Assembly: GCF_006345805.1 (NCBI RefSeq)
Contig: NC_043013.1
Span: 16,120,001-16,184,000, forward strand
Source: Octopus sinensis
Lineage: Eukaryota
Length of the DNA: 64,000 nucleotides
Direction: 5' to 3'
In this document: positions 40,349 to 54,595 of the stretch, in pieces
How positions within the stretch are numbered: position 1 is the first letter of the stretch
Layout: every line of letters starts with the position of its first letter
Notes under the pieces: model-generated
What the model was told of the DNA's origin: nothing
Databases searched by the model: none
What the model saw: only the letters and a program-made list of their open reading frames with translations
Position numbers and translations under genes: made by a program

Positions 40349-40738
40349 GGTGGTGGAAGCACTCCGTCGGTTACGACGACGAGGGTTCCGGTTGATCCGA
40401 ATCAACGGAACAGCCTGCTCGTGAAATTAACGTGTAAGTGGCTGAGCACTCCACAGACACGTGCACCCTTAACGTAGTTCTCGGGGATATTCAGCATGGC
40501 ACAGAGAGTGACAAGGCCGGCCCCTTGAAATACAGGTACAACACAAACAGGAAGTAAGAGTGAGAGAAAGTTGTGGTGAAAGAGTACAGCAGGGATCGCC
40601 ACCATCCCCTGCCGGAGCCTCGTGGAGCTTTTAGGCGTTTTCGCTCAATAAACACTCACAACGCCCGGTCTGGGAATCGAAACCGCGATCCTATGACCGC
40701 GAGTCCGCTGCCCTAACCACTGGGCCATTGCGCCTCCC
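40349..40738 (-). mobile_element. SINE family D with perfect 12-bp TSD
   Basis: TSD gtagttcattgt at 40337-40348 and 40739-40750. Confidence 0.93.
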
Positions 40739-40814
40739 GTAGTTCATTGTACTGTGTCCATGACCAGACCAAGACACTTAAATGACAACAGTCCATTCCA
40801 CCTAACTGTAAATA

Positions 40815-41052
40815 GATACCTATTTCTTTATTACCCACAAAGGGGCTAAACAGAGAGAGGACAAACAAGGACAGACAAACGGATTAAGTCGATTATATTG
40901 ACCCCAGTGCATAACTGGTACTTATTTAATCGACCCCGAAAGGATGAAAGGCAAAGTCAACCTCGGCGGAATTTGAACTCAGAACGTAGGGCAGATGAAA
41001 TACTGCTACGCATTTCGTCCGGCGTGTTAACGATTCTGCCAGCTCGCCGCCT
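40815..41052 (-). mobile_element. SINE family B
   Basis: Full-length match to family B. Confidence 0.88.
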
Positions 41053-41908
41053 TCACAGTGTAGTACTATAGTTCACTGTACTGTATCTATGAGCAACTTA
41101 TACCTCAGCCCTGCAAGAACGGGACAACACACAACACATGTACAACACTGTGCTTACATGACAGCCAAACTAATTGAAACAGTTTCGAGCTAAAATTGAC
41201 ACCATTCTCCCCCTTTCGCTCCGTTCCCTTCTCACTCTACCCACAACGTAATTGAGCTTTTTCCAGCTCTGAATGTTCCCTCTCCTAAGTGTTTCTCTTT
41301 CAAAATCTAACACTTCTGGTTCCCAATGGACGTTTTTAGTTTCAGCACTTTACACCAACCAAATACTCGTTGATTATGCAGTATCTCTAACGCTTTTACT
41401 GATGAACTCTATCTCTCGTCTCTCCATCCACCTTGCTGTCTGTCTGCCTGTCTCTGTCTCTGTCTCTGTCTCTCTGTTTCTTTTTCTCTATCTCACTTTC
41501 TCCGCTTCTTTCTTCTCCTCTCTCTCTCTCTCTCGATATCTTTCTGTCTCTATATGAACATGCGTGAGTATGTATTACGTGTGTGTGTATATGTGTGCGT
41601 GAGTGTGTGTATGTGTGTGTGTGTGCGTATGTGCGCACGTGTGTGCGCATATATATTCTCTAATCTTTATCTTTTGTTGCTTTCTGACTGCCGGTCTTTC
41701 TCTCACTCGCATATTTCTTTCTTCTCTCTCTCTCTCTCACTCTCTCTCTCTCTCTCTCTCTCTTTCCCTTTATATATATATATATATATATTATTTGGTA
41801 CAAGTCAGTCTATTATTACTTCGAGTTTCACCTGTAGGTCCACAGGTTCTTCAGGTAAAGTTTAAGTACTCTTTTTTTTCAACAGCTAACACCTAAATGC
41901 GTGCATGT

Positions 41909-41940
<32 letters not shown>

Positions 41941-42377
41941 TTGTTGTTTTGCTCCTCTGAACTATATTTTAAAGATATGGAATTTATTCAGAAAGTTGGG
42001 AGATCGGGTCCAGGCACAAGGAGTCGGGTATTTGTCGCCACTGTCATTTTTCTTGTGGTTGTTGCTGTCGTTGTCGTCGTTGTTGGTGTAAGCTTTTGCT
42101 TTCATCGACGCCACCAGAATATCAATGCTTCGTTTAAGCATCTCCTAATCGAATCTGATTGCATCATTAGTGGTGGTGGTGGTGGTGGGACCATCGTAAA
42201 CTCTTCATGCAATCAACGAATCGATTTACTTGTTTTAATTAAAAACAAAATCATTAGCGAAGTATTTCACACCTCTATCTGCTTTTTCTTCGTATTTTCC
42301 GCCGTAAATTAATAACTCAAAGTTGATAATTAAATTAGTCGAGTTTTCATCTCACACTAATGAGGATTCCATTAGAC

Positions 42378-42573
42378 CATTGCTTTTCAAAGGGGGCTGC
42401 AACGCCCCTTGGGATTTCATTTTAACTAGATTTGAACCTTCATTTCTATGTTTTGCATTAAAGATTAATTCAAAAGGCTAGAGAAATTTTAAATTAAAAA
42501 ATAAAGAGAAGCGTTGATGAATTTACAAAATCAAAGACAGAGCCGTTTGAGTAAAACCATTTGAGAATCACTG
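42378..42573. mobile_element. hAT-type MITE (196 bp)
   Basis: TIRs cattgcttttcaaa / tttgagaatcactg; 8-bp TSD-like cattagac / tattagag. Confidence 0.6.
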
Positions 42574-42711
42574 TATTAGAGGACTGGGTCCCGAAAGGTG
42601 AGCAAACAATCGTTTATGTCTGGTAAGATAATCTAGTTATCATTCGAGATACGGAAGGGCATGGAGATCTTTTGCTAAAAAATCAGAAAGTGAAGACAAA
42701 GTACCGTATTG

Positions 42712-43200
42712 GATGGTGGCGAGCTGGCAGGAACGTTAGCACGCCGGGCGAAATGCTTTGTGGTATTTCGTCTGCCGCTGCGTTCTGAGTTCAAATTCCG
42801 CCGAGGTCGACTTTGCCTTTCATCCTTTCGGGGTCGATAAATTAAGTACCAGTTACGCACTGGAGTCAATGTAATCGACTTAATCCATTTGTCTGTCCTT
42901 GTTTGTCCCCTCTATGTTTAACCCCTTGTGGGTAATAAAGAAACAGGTATATATGATGACAAGGCGGCGAGCTGGCAGAAACACTATATACGCCGGGCGA
43001 AATGCGTAGCCGTATTTCGTCTGCCGTTACGTTCTGAGTTCAAATTCCGCCGAGGTCGACTTTGCCTTTCATCCTTTCTGGGTCGATAAATTAAGTACCA
43101 GTTATGCACTGGGGTCGATGTAAATCGACTTAATACGTTTGTCTGTCCTTGTTTGTCCTCTCTGTGTTTAGCCCCTTGTGGATAGTAAAGATATAGGTAT
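42712..43200 (+). mobile_element. Two adjacent full-length SINE family B copies
   Basis: Both have complete heads; ggtatatatgatg follows each copy. Confidence 0.88.
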
Positions 43201-43939
43201 ATATGATGCATTTTTTCCATTAAAAATGTTTCAAAAAAGAAGTTGGGTTTGTATTACATTCTTTAATTCCCTAAAACCATTTTTTCCTGAATATGCACTG
43301 TTGAAATTGGAGTGACCCTAATATGCCTGTGCGTCTTGTATGTCATCAAATAAGTCGTTAAGTCGTTAATGATTTTCGCCGAGATGAAAATAAATGTTAC
43401 GCCTTTTGTGTACAATTATAAGGTCCGAATATAGTGTCTTATGCATGGCACAAAAGAAGGTACACGAGAGAAGGTACGCAATGAATAGACGTACCTAAAC
43501 ACAGGAGAGTACGCTCCACCAGTAGTGTAGCTTGTGTATGCGCTGCTCGGAGTAGCCCTTGAGTTTGCCGTCTCTCAGAACCCCAATCATATACAGGCTT
43601 ATACACGGACTCAGAAGTGTCGCCTCCATAAAAGCGAAGTCCGATGCGGACCTACCCTCACCTTTTTCTAGTTATGCTACTGTACTCCTTCCCCTGTGAT
43701 CGTATTTGTTGAGGTATCGTTGGTTTCCGTAATCTGCAGAACCGTCGCAGACATCAAAATAACACGTTTTGTACTGTTTCTGAAACGTGTAGGTCATTTC
43801 TCTCCAACAATTTCATTTTCGATGACAATTGTTTTTGCTGTCATAGTTTAGTATTAATGATATTAGTAGAACATTCGTACATCCATATATTTTACATATT
43901 TTACATAGAAGGAAATAAATTATAATCACTTCCATATTC

Positions 43940-44165
43940 TCTTTTACTCTCTCTTTTACTTGTTTCAGTCATTTGACTGCGGCCATGCTGGAGCACCGCC
44001 TTTAGTCGAGCAAATCGACCCCGGGACTTATTCTTTGTAAGCCCAGTACTTATTCTATCGGTCTCTTTTGCCGAACCGCTAGGTTACGGGGACGTAAACA
44101 CACCAGCATCGGTTGTCAAGCAATGCTAGCGGGGCGAACACAGACACAAACACACACACACACAC

Positions 44166-44225
<60 letters not shown>

Positions 44226-44388
44226 CGACAGGCTTCTTTCAGTTTCCGTCTACCAAATCCACCCACAAGGCTTTGGTTGGCCCGGGGCTATAGCAGAAGA
44301 CACTTGCCCAAGGTGCCACGCAGTGGGACTGAACCTGGAACCATGTGGTTGGTTAGCAAGCTACTTACCACACAGCCACTCCTGCACC
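43940..44388 (-). mobile_element. SINE family A, full length
   Basis: Near-identical to 34335-34752; followed by a (GGTT)n microsatellite. Confidence 0.92.
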
Positions 44389-44736
44389 TATATAACAGTA
44401 ACCGATATAAATGTTAGTTGGCTGTTTGGTTGGCTGGTTGGTTGGTTGGTTGGTTGGTTGGTGGTTGGTTGGTTGGTTGGCTGGTTGGTTGGTTGGCTGG
44501 TTGGTTGGTTGGTTGGTTGTTGGTTGGTTGGTTGGTTGGTTGGTTGGCTGGCTGGCTGGTTGGTTGGCTGGTTGAGTTCTCCAGTCACGCTTTACTTTGC
44601 ATAAAGTAATACACATTTAACACAAAAGGTGCAGCATGAGTATACACACTAGGCGCTACACGCATAGACACACATTGATAGAAACAATTATAGAGATAGA
44701 AGAAGAGAGGGAATATGTGTGTGTATAAAGAGAGAA

Positions 44737-44787
<51 letters not shown>

Positions 44788-45040
44788 TTAGTTTGTGTGC
44801 AAATTTCCATAAGATAAATCAAGTTGTAGAGTAATTTTGTATTCGTTTTCCTTTTAAATATTATTTTATTTCATTCTATTCTAAGATAAATATTTTTCTT
44901 TAAAAAATTAGCATCCGTTTTATTATCTTGTTTAAGCACCAATAAACTGTGTGAAAAAGTTAAATTATTATTATTGCACGAGCTTTTATGTCATATTTCC
45001 TAATACTTCCCACGGTAGGAAAAATAAACTTGCAAAGTTT

Positions 45041-45069
45041 CCCGTCATATGACGGGGTAACATTCTAAT
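45041..45069 (+). mobile_element. Possible Helitron 3' terminus
   Basis: Perfect 16-bp palindrome cccgtcatatgacggg, 8 nt, then CTAAT (cf. hairpin plus CTAGT). Confidence 0.4.
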
Positions 45070-45182
45070 ATATATAAAACATAAGTATTCGTGTGATTGA
45101 AAGTATTAAAGTATTATTAATTATATAGCAATTCTAGGACTAACTCATCATAAATCATAATATAATCATTTTATAGTTTTTC

Positions 45183-45226
<44 letters not shown>

Positions 45227-45236
45227 TATATATATA

Positions 45237-45442
45237 GTTAATCCAAACATGGAAACACAAAAAGAAAACACAACAACGCGAGGACGTGGACAAGTATAGT
45301 GTTATTGGACGCTCAGGAAAGGAAAGAAAAAGGAGGATTTAACGTTTCGAGCGGAGCTCTTTGTCAGAAACACAGGAAAAGGAAAGATCCAAGGAAGGGA
45401 AGACGGAGGAAAAAATCGCCAACGATACACACGCGGTCACAT
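45237..45442 (-). mobile_element. Solo pLTR-like end (same family as 4330-4783) with hammerhead motif at 45338-45371
   Basis: Core reads CUGACAA (G8A) but has canonical U4; same stem II and GAAACGUU. Sits in (TA)n. Confidence 0.75.
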
Positions 45443-45446
45443 TTTG

Positions 45447-45502
<56 letters not shown>

Positions 45503-45561
45503 ATATATATATATATATATTATAGATAGATAGATAGATAGATAGATAATGACAGACAGAC

Positions 45562-45608
<47 letters not shown>

Positions 45609-45676
45609 TAGACGACAGAGACAGACAGACAGACAGACAGACATATACAGACAGACATACAGACAGACAGACAGAC

Positions 45677-45724
<48 letters not shown>

Positions 45725-46484
45725 CCCAATGAATTGTTTCGCTCGCGCCATTAAGGGGTTTTATAATGTTATAAGATGGTCTGTGGCTAGTTCCCAAGTT
45801 AGAAATCATTATACAACAACAGGATAAAAGAAATGGTATAAAGAAGAGAAACCGATAAAGCAAAATTCGGTGAAAGCTCAAACGATCCAACGGCGAATTG
45901 CGAACAGAGATTGACCGTTACACATCCACAGCACAAATTTTAATTGCTTCAGAGAAGGGATGTGAGACACAAATGTTTATACTTCAAGTGTCAATCAATT
46001 AATTCGGTTAATTACGACTCTTGACTCTCATTTAATTATAAAATCAAGTTAATGAGGCATAACTTAACGTCATCATATCGCAATCAAAGGACTTCGTTGA
46101 AAAATGGCTGAAAGCACGTTATTGATATCATTATTGCGTTTTGGTTTTGTTGTTGTCCTTGATGTTGTTTTTGTCGTAGTATAGCTGTTGATGTTGTCAT
46201 TGATATTGTTATAATCGTCGTTGTTATTGTTTTTGTTGTATCGTTGTTTATTGTTGTTATTGTCGTTGTTGTTAGTGTTATTGTCGTTGCCGTTTTTGTT
46301 GTTGTCATGGTTTTGTCACAGACGATGGTTTTATGACAGTTCTTGCTTGGCACCAGGTCAACATTGTCTGAGGAGGTTCACTGTGACCATTCCATCTTCT
46401 AAGATTGCTCGTTGTTGGCCGTCACAGTCTAATAGCTGTTGTTATTTTGGCTTAACCATAGGTCAGTTCTGTTTGAACAAACCT

Positions 46485-46710
46485 ATTTCTTTACTACCCA
46501 CAAGGGGCTAAACACAGAGAGGACAAACAAGGACAGTCAAACGTATTAAGTCGATTATATCGACCTCAGTTCGTAACTGGTACTTAATTTATCGACCCCG
46601 AAAGGATGAAAGGCAAAATCGACCTTGGCGGAATTTGAACTCAGACCGTAACGGCAGACGAAATACGGCTACGCATTTCGCCCGGCGTGCTAACGTTTCT
46701 GCCAGCAAAG
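46485..46710 (-). mobile_element. SINE family B
   Basis: Full-length match. Confidence 0.88.
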
Positions 46711-47065
46711 GCGTTCTAACTCTGACCACCCCATTTTTTTTCCAAATACAGAATGTATAAAACTACATTGTTTAATAGGTCCTTTTTATTAAGAAGTGTG
46801 TTATTCGAGAAAAATTTGGCAGTATCTTACTGCAAGTCGTACGACGACGTAGAACCTTGCAGTGCCAAAGATAGACCTTTTTTTTTTTTATTTAGTCACT
46901 ACATACCTTTCAAGGAATGTGTCCTCCTCTTGCTCTTCCTCATCATCACCCATCTCACCATCACCACTACCACGACAATCACCACAACCATCATCACCCT
47001 CTCATTACCACATCCACTACGACCACTACTCTTATCATTATCATCATTAATATCCCACCACCACT

Positions 47066-47115
<50 letters not shown>

Positions 47116-47534
47116 TGTCATCATCATCATCATCATCATCATTAGCACCACCACCACAACCATCCATTATCATCATCGTCAACATAATTATTGTAAGAAA
47201 TCGATATTTAAATTACAGGAAATCATCAAAATGTATCATCATTATCATTAAAAAAAATCAATATTTAAAAATATTGGAAATCTTCTTCATCAGTCCTCAT
47301 CATTAGCTCTACCTTCAACACCATCATCATTATTTCCGTTGCCACCATCATTAGCTTTACCAATACAACAATCATCATCACCACCACCATCGCCTTCATT
47401 GACAGCAACCACCGATTTTATATGGCGAGGGCAGAAAAATATTTTTCGAGTATAAAACAAATATATAAATGTAATAAACTAACAAATAAAAGTAAAACAC
47501 ACTCAGACTCTCACACATACGTATATATAATACA

Positions 47535-47566
<32 letters not shown>

Positions 47567-47616
47567 CATACATACATACATACATACGTACGAGGAGTGG
47601 GGCTGAAAAGTTCCTG

Positions 47617-47785
47617 CCGTTACGTTCCGAGTTCAAATTCCGCCGAGGTCGACTTTGCCTTTCATCCTTTCGGGGTCGATTAAATAAGTACCAGTTATGT
47701 ACTGGGGTCGATGTAATCGACTTAATCCGTTTGTCTGTCCTTGTTTGTCCCCCCTGTGTTTAGCCCCTTGTAGGCAGTAAAGAAA
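47617..47785 (+). mobile_element. 5'-truncated SINE family B, preceded by a mariner-like TIR stub (tacgaggagtggggctgaaaagttcc)
   Basis: Direct match to the family B body. Confidence 0.8.
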
Positions 47786-48019
47786 TATGAAACTGTCCTC
47801 CAATATTCCCTTATACATGATCTACATAAATTGGAAATTTAGGAATGATTTGTGACATTCAAAATTAGAAACTCAGATTTCTATAAAATTTCAATAAGGA
47901 ACAACTCTTATATTTTGATAGCTGCACATATTTATATAATTTTGGCATGGAGGGAAAGGCTATGCTTATGTCTCTCATTAAACTGAGGTCGACCGGGTTA
48001 ATGTTCCGCTTGAAAGTCT

Positions 48020-48415
48020 GCAATATGACTGTGTGGTTAAGAAGCTCGCTTTCCAACAACGTGGTTTTGAACTCAGTCCCACCGCATGACACCTTGGGCA
48101 AATGTTTTCTACGATAGCCTCGAGTCGACCAATACCTTGTGAATGAATTTAGTAGACGGAAATCGTGCGGGAAGCTGATGTGCGCGCGCACGTGTATGTG
48201 TGTGTGTGTGTGGTGTGGTGTGTGTGTGTGTCTAGTTGTGTGTGTCTCCCATCACCACTTGACAACCAGTATTGGCTTGTTTACGTTCCCGTAACTTAGT
48301 GGTTCAGCACAAGGGGGACTGATTAAGTACCGGATCAAAAAATTATTACTGGGGGAGGGGTTGATTTATTCAACTAAACGCCGCAAGTCTAATAAATGAA
48401 ACAAGTAAACGATAA
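48020..48415 (+). mobile_element. Diverged SINE family A-related copy
   Basis: ctgtgtggttaagaagc..ccttgggcaaatg..gacaaccagt..cccgtaacttagtggttc. Confidence 0.7.
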
Positions 48416-48995
48416 AAGATAAATGAAAGCAATTCCAGAAAGCCGAACTGAGTATAGTGGTTAGCTTAGTGGTTAGCATAGTGGTTAGCGTAGAGTCTAT
48501 GAATATTGAACATAATACGGGTGAAAAGAAGATACGAGTAAGTTACCAGTCTCGAGTGGAGGTGACACGAGAGCAATCACGTTTAGCAATTATGCGGAAA
48601 ACTGTTTGTAGAATAAGTTTCCTGATTCTCGGAATTATTATGTGGTTTGGGATCAGATACTATCTGTAATGATATTCCCTGTTCTTGTCATGCAACTGTA
48701 CCTTATCTTTACCTTTTGCTGCTTAAAAAGTCAGAAATTGCTTTATTCTGCAGAGAAAAGATTTTACTTTGAGTGGATGCCGAGTCACTAGAAAGTGACC
48801 CATACACTTTGGTCCCGAAGACATCCTCGGTGGCACATGTGAAATGTCACATGCGGGATCAAGCGACGAAACTACAATGCTTAAGATTAGCTTCAGCTGC
48901 ACCTTTTTAGCTATACATATATACAATATTTACATGTGTATATATGTGTAGATATGCAAGTGTATGCGCATATACATGGATACACATACACGCAC

Positions 48996-49039
<44 letters not shown>

Positions 49040-50597
49040 ACATACACGCATATGTATAAACATATATATATATAATTATGTATACATATGCACATATACG
49101 CACATATACATACATATATATACATATGCATATGTATATATAGAGACAGAGGGAAGAGAGAAGGGGAGAGAAAGAGAGAGAGAAAGAGAGGAAGAGAGAC
49201 GGAGAAAGAGAGACAAACACACATACACAGACACATACACACACCACACAGTGAGTTCTTCAATCGTAGACGACAGATGAGGGTTCAGTAATTTTTTGCT
49301 GAACAACCAACAGCGACGATTTGTTTATAGCAATCAGATGCTTGTGCTGTCCCTAAGCTCCATCAAATCGATATTGCCGGTACAGGTGGACGATGTGCCA
49401 CATGTAAGATGTCAAAGTGATCGCAGAACAACGTAAAATAAAATGTTTTGCACAAGAACACAACGCACCACTCGATCCGGGGATCGAAGCTACGACCACA
49501 AGATCGTAAAGGCAACAACTTAACCACAAGGCCACGCGCCCTGACTATGTACGTGTATGTACGTATTTGTGTGTGTGCGTGTATGTGTGTGTGTGTGTGC
49601 GTATAAGTGTGTGTGTGTTTTATTTAAGTTGTATTTTTTTACCTCGTGACTCAAGTTTCATGCTACACGATCTCTCAGGCGTGTGCCTTTAGAAAATTTA
49701 AACTAGTTTTATAGAATCAAGCTGAGTAAGGAGGTTGGAATGAGGATGTTCTTTTTATGTATGGCTATCATTTTCATTGGTTAGACCTTTGATTAGTTCT
49801 TTTATTGATTGCGTCTTCACCTCCTTCCTCCACCTTATCATCATCTTCTTCTCCCTCCTCCCTCGTCTCTTCTTCACTTCACATTCTCTCTTCATCTTCT
49901 TCATTATAGCTGCGTTCTAAAATATAAGAGATCTAACTATAAAAACCAACAACAGCAACAACAACAACAATAAAAACATGCTCATGCAAATAAAAAAAAA
50001 CAGAACTACAAAGTAAAAATAAGGTAAAAATACAACAAATCAAAAACAATAAAATAAAATACCGAAATAAAATATGGTTTGAAAGAAATGAAAAAAAAAG
50101 CAAACATTATGGGTTTTTTTTTTTTAGATTTCAACAGAAAATTGGGAGAATTGTTTTTTCTGTTTTTTTTTATACATTTGAAAGATAATTGGTTTGCATT
50201 TTGAAGTGGAGTTTATATTTTATCGATTCCTCTCTCGCTCTCCCTATATACATGCATATAGTGTGTGTGTGTATATATATATACATATACATACATACAT
50301 ACACACATACATACATACATATATACATACATACACACACATGTATATATATCTCTTTTACTCTTTTACTCTTTTACTTGTTTCAGTCATTTGACTGCGG
50401 CCATGCTGGAGCACCGTATATATGTATATATTATATATATGATATATGTGTGTATATATAAATAATGTATATATAATATATAATGTACATAAATATATAT
50501 ATATATGTGTACGTATTTATATATGTACTATATATATATGTGTATATATAATATGCATATATATATCTACACGCATATGGATATCTTTATATATATA

Positions 50598-50632
<35 letters not shown>

Positions 50633-50646
50633 CTATATATATATAT

Positions 50647-50678
<32 letters not shown>

Positions 50679-50715
50679 CATATATATAAAGATATGCATA
50701 TATGGATAGATATAC

Positions 50716-50757
<42 letters not shown>

Positions 50758-50845
50758 GCATTTATGTATGTATATGTATATGTACATAATAGCAGATAGA
50801 TAGATAGATAGATAGAGAGATAGATAGATAGATTAGATGATAGAT

Positions 50846-50885
<40 letters not shown>

Positions 50886-51359
50886 TACCCACACCAGACA
50901 CACTTGGTATTATATTGTCTTAATGTCCTTCCTTACAGCTGTGGCAGCCGAAATGGTGGTGGGTGAGGGAAAATGGAAAAAGAAAGAATGGGAAGGAGAA
51001 AGCGGGGGAGAAAGAAGGCAGATAAATGGGGGTGCAAGGAGAATAGGGATGGGGAGAAGTAAACCAGGTAAAAAGAAGATGAAAGAGGAGGGGGTTGAAG
51101 GTGTAGGAAGAGGCTTTTAGCTAACGTCCTTCCATGCAGCGTGGCTATGGATAGCAATAGGATAAAAATGGAAGAGAAGGTGAAGGGTGAGGCAGGGGAT
51201 TTTGATACGGTGTAGTGGCGGGAAGATGAAGAAACGATGATGGTGAGAGTGATGGCGATGGTGAGGATGGCGATGAAGATGGAAATCTATTAGAAACAGC
51301 CCGGCAGTTATTTTTATCATGTGACTAGGTTTCGATTGCTGCAGTGTGTATTTAGAATT

Positions 51360-51398
<39 letters not shown>

Positions 51399-52051
51399 AG
51401 GTGGTTGTGATGATCGTGGTGGTTGTGGTTGTACTGTTTATATCAGGTCTTTTATGGTAGTTGTTCATTTCCCCTTCTTCTTCTTCTTCTTCTTCTTCTT
51501 CTTCTTCTTCTTCTTCTTCTTCTTCTTCTTCTTCTTCGCAATCATTATCATTCTGTGCACATGTGAACATCTTTCAACATCTTTCATCCATCGAATTCTT
51601 TCATGAATCGCCCACCCTATCGATCTGATTGATTACCTTACATATTGGTTGCCTGCACACACGCGCGCACGCGCGCGCGCGCACACACACACACACCACA
51701 CACATACACTCATGCGCGCGTATACACACACTCGCTCTCACACACACTCACACACGCACACATATGAAGGCACTGCGCTATTGTATATAATTGCTTACGT
51801 TTGCGTGAGCACAGATGTGTATGTATGTGTGTGTGTGTGTGTGCGTATAAGCATACAAGCGGATGCACACGTGCATACACACACGATATACTCCTACACC
51901 ATATATTGAGTACTGTCTTCTAGTTCTTTGACTAACTGCCATATGTCTATGTATGTATGTATGTATGTATATATGTGTATATATATTATATATATATTTG
52001 TATATATATAAATGTATATATGTGTGTGTGTTGTGTGTGTGTGTGTGTGTG

Positions 52052-52388
52052 TGAAGGCGCATGGTTCAGTGGTTAGAGCGTCGAGCTTACGATCGGGAGG
52101 TTGTGAGTTCGAATCCCGGACCAGGCTATGTGTTGTGTTCTTGAGCAAGACACTTTATTTCACATTGCTCCAGTTCACTCAGCTGTAGAAATGAGTTGCA
52201 ACGTCACAGGTGCCGAGCTGTATCGACCTTTGTCTTTCCCTTGGATAACACTGGTGGCGTGGAGAGGGGAGGCTGGTATGCATGGGCGACTGCTGGTCTT
52301 CCATAAACAACCTTGCCCAGACTTGTGCCTCGGAGGGTAACTTTCTAGGGCAATCCCATGGTCAGTCATGACCGAAGGGGTTCTCAGC
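52052..52388 (+). mobile_element. tRNA-derived SINE family C
   Basis: A box tggttcagtgg, B box gttcgaatcc, then the non-tRNA body ttcttgagcaagacacttta. Confidence 0.85.
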
Positions 52389-52844
52389 AATATATATATT
52401 TGCTATATATACATACATATGTATGTATATGTGCATATATGCGTGTGCATGCGCGCGCTCGCGCGCGTGTGTGTATTACGTTATAATATATTGTATAACA
52501 GTGTGGAACGTGAAAGATGGAAGCTGTTCACATCAGTATTTTTTAGATTTTGTATGTACAGATGTGTAAAAAATTATCGAGCCGGGCTTTCAATGACATT
52601 GGCGGACTGCCATATACGTGTATCAGTGTAATTACGCCTCCTCAGTCACAGGCAGTGTCTTAGTCGTCCATAGGCCATTCGCTGTTTGCGGAGGAGTAAT
52701 CACACTGCAACACTCTGACATTCCGCTTGTATAATTCAAAGCTCTGATCGACATATTTTTATACACAAATATTATAAGCGAAATTTTTTTTGAAGACTAA
52801 AGTTGCACGTTCTAATGTGCAAACTGTTAAATATACATTTCTAC

Positions 52845-53230
52845 TCTAGGCACAATGCCCGAAATTTTTGGGGAGGGGGTCAGTTGATTAGATCGCCTCC
52901 AGTACGCAACTGGTATTTAATTTATCAACCCCCGAAATGATGAAAGGTAAAGTCGACCTCGGCTGAATTTGAACTTAGAACATAAAGACAGACGAAATAC
53001 CTATTTCTTTACTACCCACTGAGGGGCTAAACACAGAGAGGACAAACAAGGACAGACAAGGGGATTAAGTCGATTACATCGTCCCCAGTGCGTAACTGGT
53101 ACTTAATTTATCGACCCCGAAAGGATGAAAGGCAAAGTCGACCTCAGCGGAATTTGAACTCAGAACGTAACGGCAGACGAAATACGGCTACGCATTTCGG
53201 CCGGTGTGCTAACGTTTCTGCCAGTTCACC
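52845..53230 (-). mobile_element. Head-to-tail SINE family B dimer
   Basis: Junction gacgaaatac|ctatttcttt at about 53000 is the same junction as in the 55.4-kb array. Confidence 0.8.
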
Positions 53231-53372
53231 AACTTTTCAAACTGTTAAATATAGAGTTATAGGTATATCGTTATTTTGATAGTCACTATTTCATGTACTT
53301 ACACACACACACACGCACACACACATGCAGACACACACATACACTCACATGCACACATACATACATACATAC

Positions 53373-53403
<31 letters not shown>

Positions 53404-54149
53404 CATACATACATACATACATACATACATACATACTGTCATTGAGGTCAGTTGTCCTACTGATATGAATGTCTCTCTGACAATCAAAGAGAAGATAACT
53501 GCTTCGAAACCTCCAGCTTTTATATCCGGATTACAAATTTACATATATACCATTAATAATTGGTGCATTTGGTTTTGTAAGTAAATGCCTTATTGTCTGT
53601 CTGGATAATCTTGGATTTTCAGAAAACGAAATCAATCGACTCGCACGTTACAAATACAATTTGTAAGCGGAACAGTAAAACTATGCAAGACTTTTCTCAA
53701 GTTTAACACGTGACATTGTTTTCGTTTTCTACATTCTAAAGATGGAGCTTTGTATCTTTGTTAGAAAGCAGCTCCTTCTTTAGAGGAAGAATTTAAATGA
53801 TTAAAAACAGAAAAAAAAAACATACATACATACATTATAGACAAACTCATACTCACCTTATAGACACATTCCAAGGTGCAGGAGTAACTTTAATGGCTTA
53901 AGCACTCCGAATTAGCAAAGCCTACAAAGCCAGGGGTACCACTCCTTCCTTCAGACACAGCCTAAAAAGAAAATAAAAAATTTTAGACCACAATAGATCA
54001 CTGCATTCACATTTTAGGAAGTGCTGCGGCTGCGTGCGTAAATATCCTTGATCCACTATGGTAAATTCTTCCCGTATTTACAGTGGTGCTGTTGCTGTTG
54101 TTCTTCTTCTTCCAATCAGGATTCACGCCATTAGCCACAAAGAATAATC

Positions 54150-54595
54150 TCTAATTCGAGCCTACTCTAAGCTACTAAGAATGCGTGTGGCAACTTGAAA
54201 ATCTACCCACCACACGCGATAGGCTGGCGGTTGCACGGGTGCGAAAGCAACCTTGTTATCCTCATTCCGTAAACGGTGGCTTTTAATGGGTGGAGAGCTG
54301 AACCATCCTGGGGTACAAGAAGATTCGCAATCTAGACTAAGGTCTGAAAGTTTTACCACACCAGAGTGGGTTACACCATGGTTCCTCTGCTTTGTGGTAT
54401 AAGTAGGAAGAAACAGTGAGAGAAAGTTGTGGTGAAAGAGTACAGCGGGGTTCACCAATCCCACCCCTGCCAGAGTCTCGTGAAGCTTAGGTGTTTTTGT
54501 TCAATAAACACTCAGAATGCCCGGTCTGGGAATCGAAACCGCGTTCTTACGACCGCGAGTCCGCTGCCCTAACCACTGGGCCATTGCACCTCCGG
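54150..54595 (-). mobile_element. SINE family D head fused to an unrelated 3' segment
   Basis: 54405-54595 matches the family D 5' half; 54150-54400 does not match the D tail at 17.3 or 40.4 kb. Confidence 0.55.

Noticed and set aside
41838-41854. Possible 17-nt microexon (tgtag|gtccacaggttcttcag|gtaaag) in the GCNT intron
   Set aside because: It would shift the frame, has a weak pyrimidine tract, and such matches arise by chance in 26 kb.
52052-52125. tRNA-like sequences here and at the heads of other SINEs
   Set aside because: They have A and B boxes but run into SINE bodies and lack a proper acceptor stem, so they are not tRNA genes.
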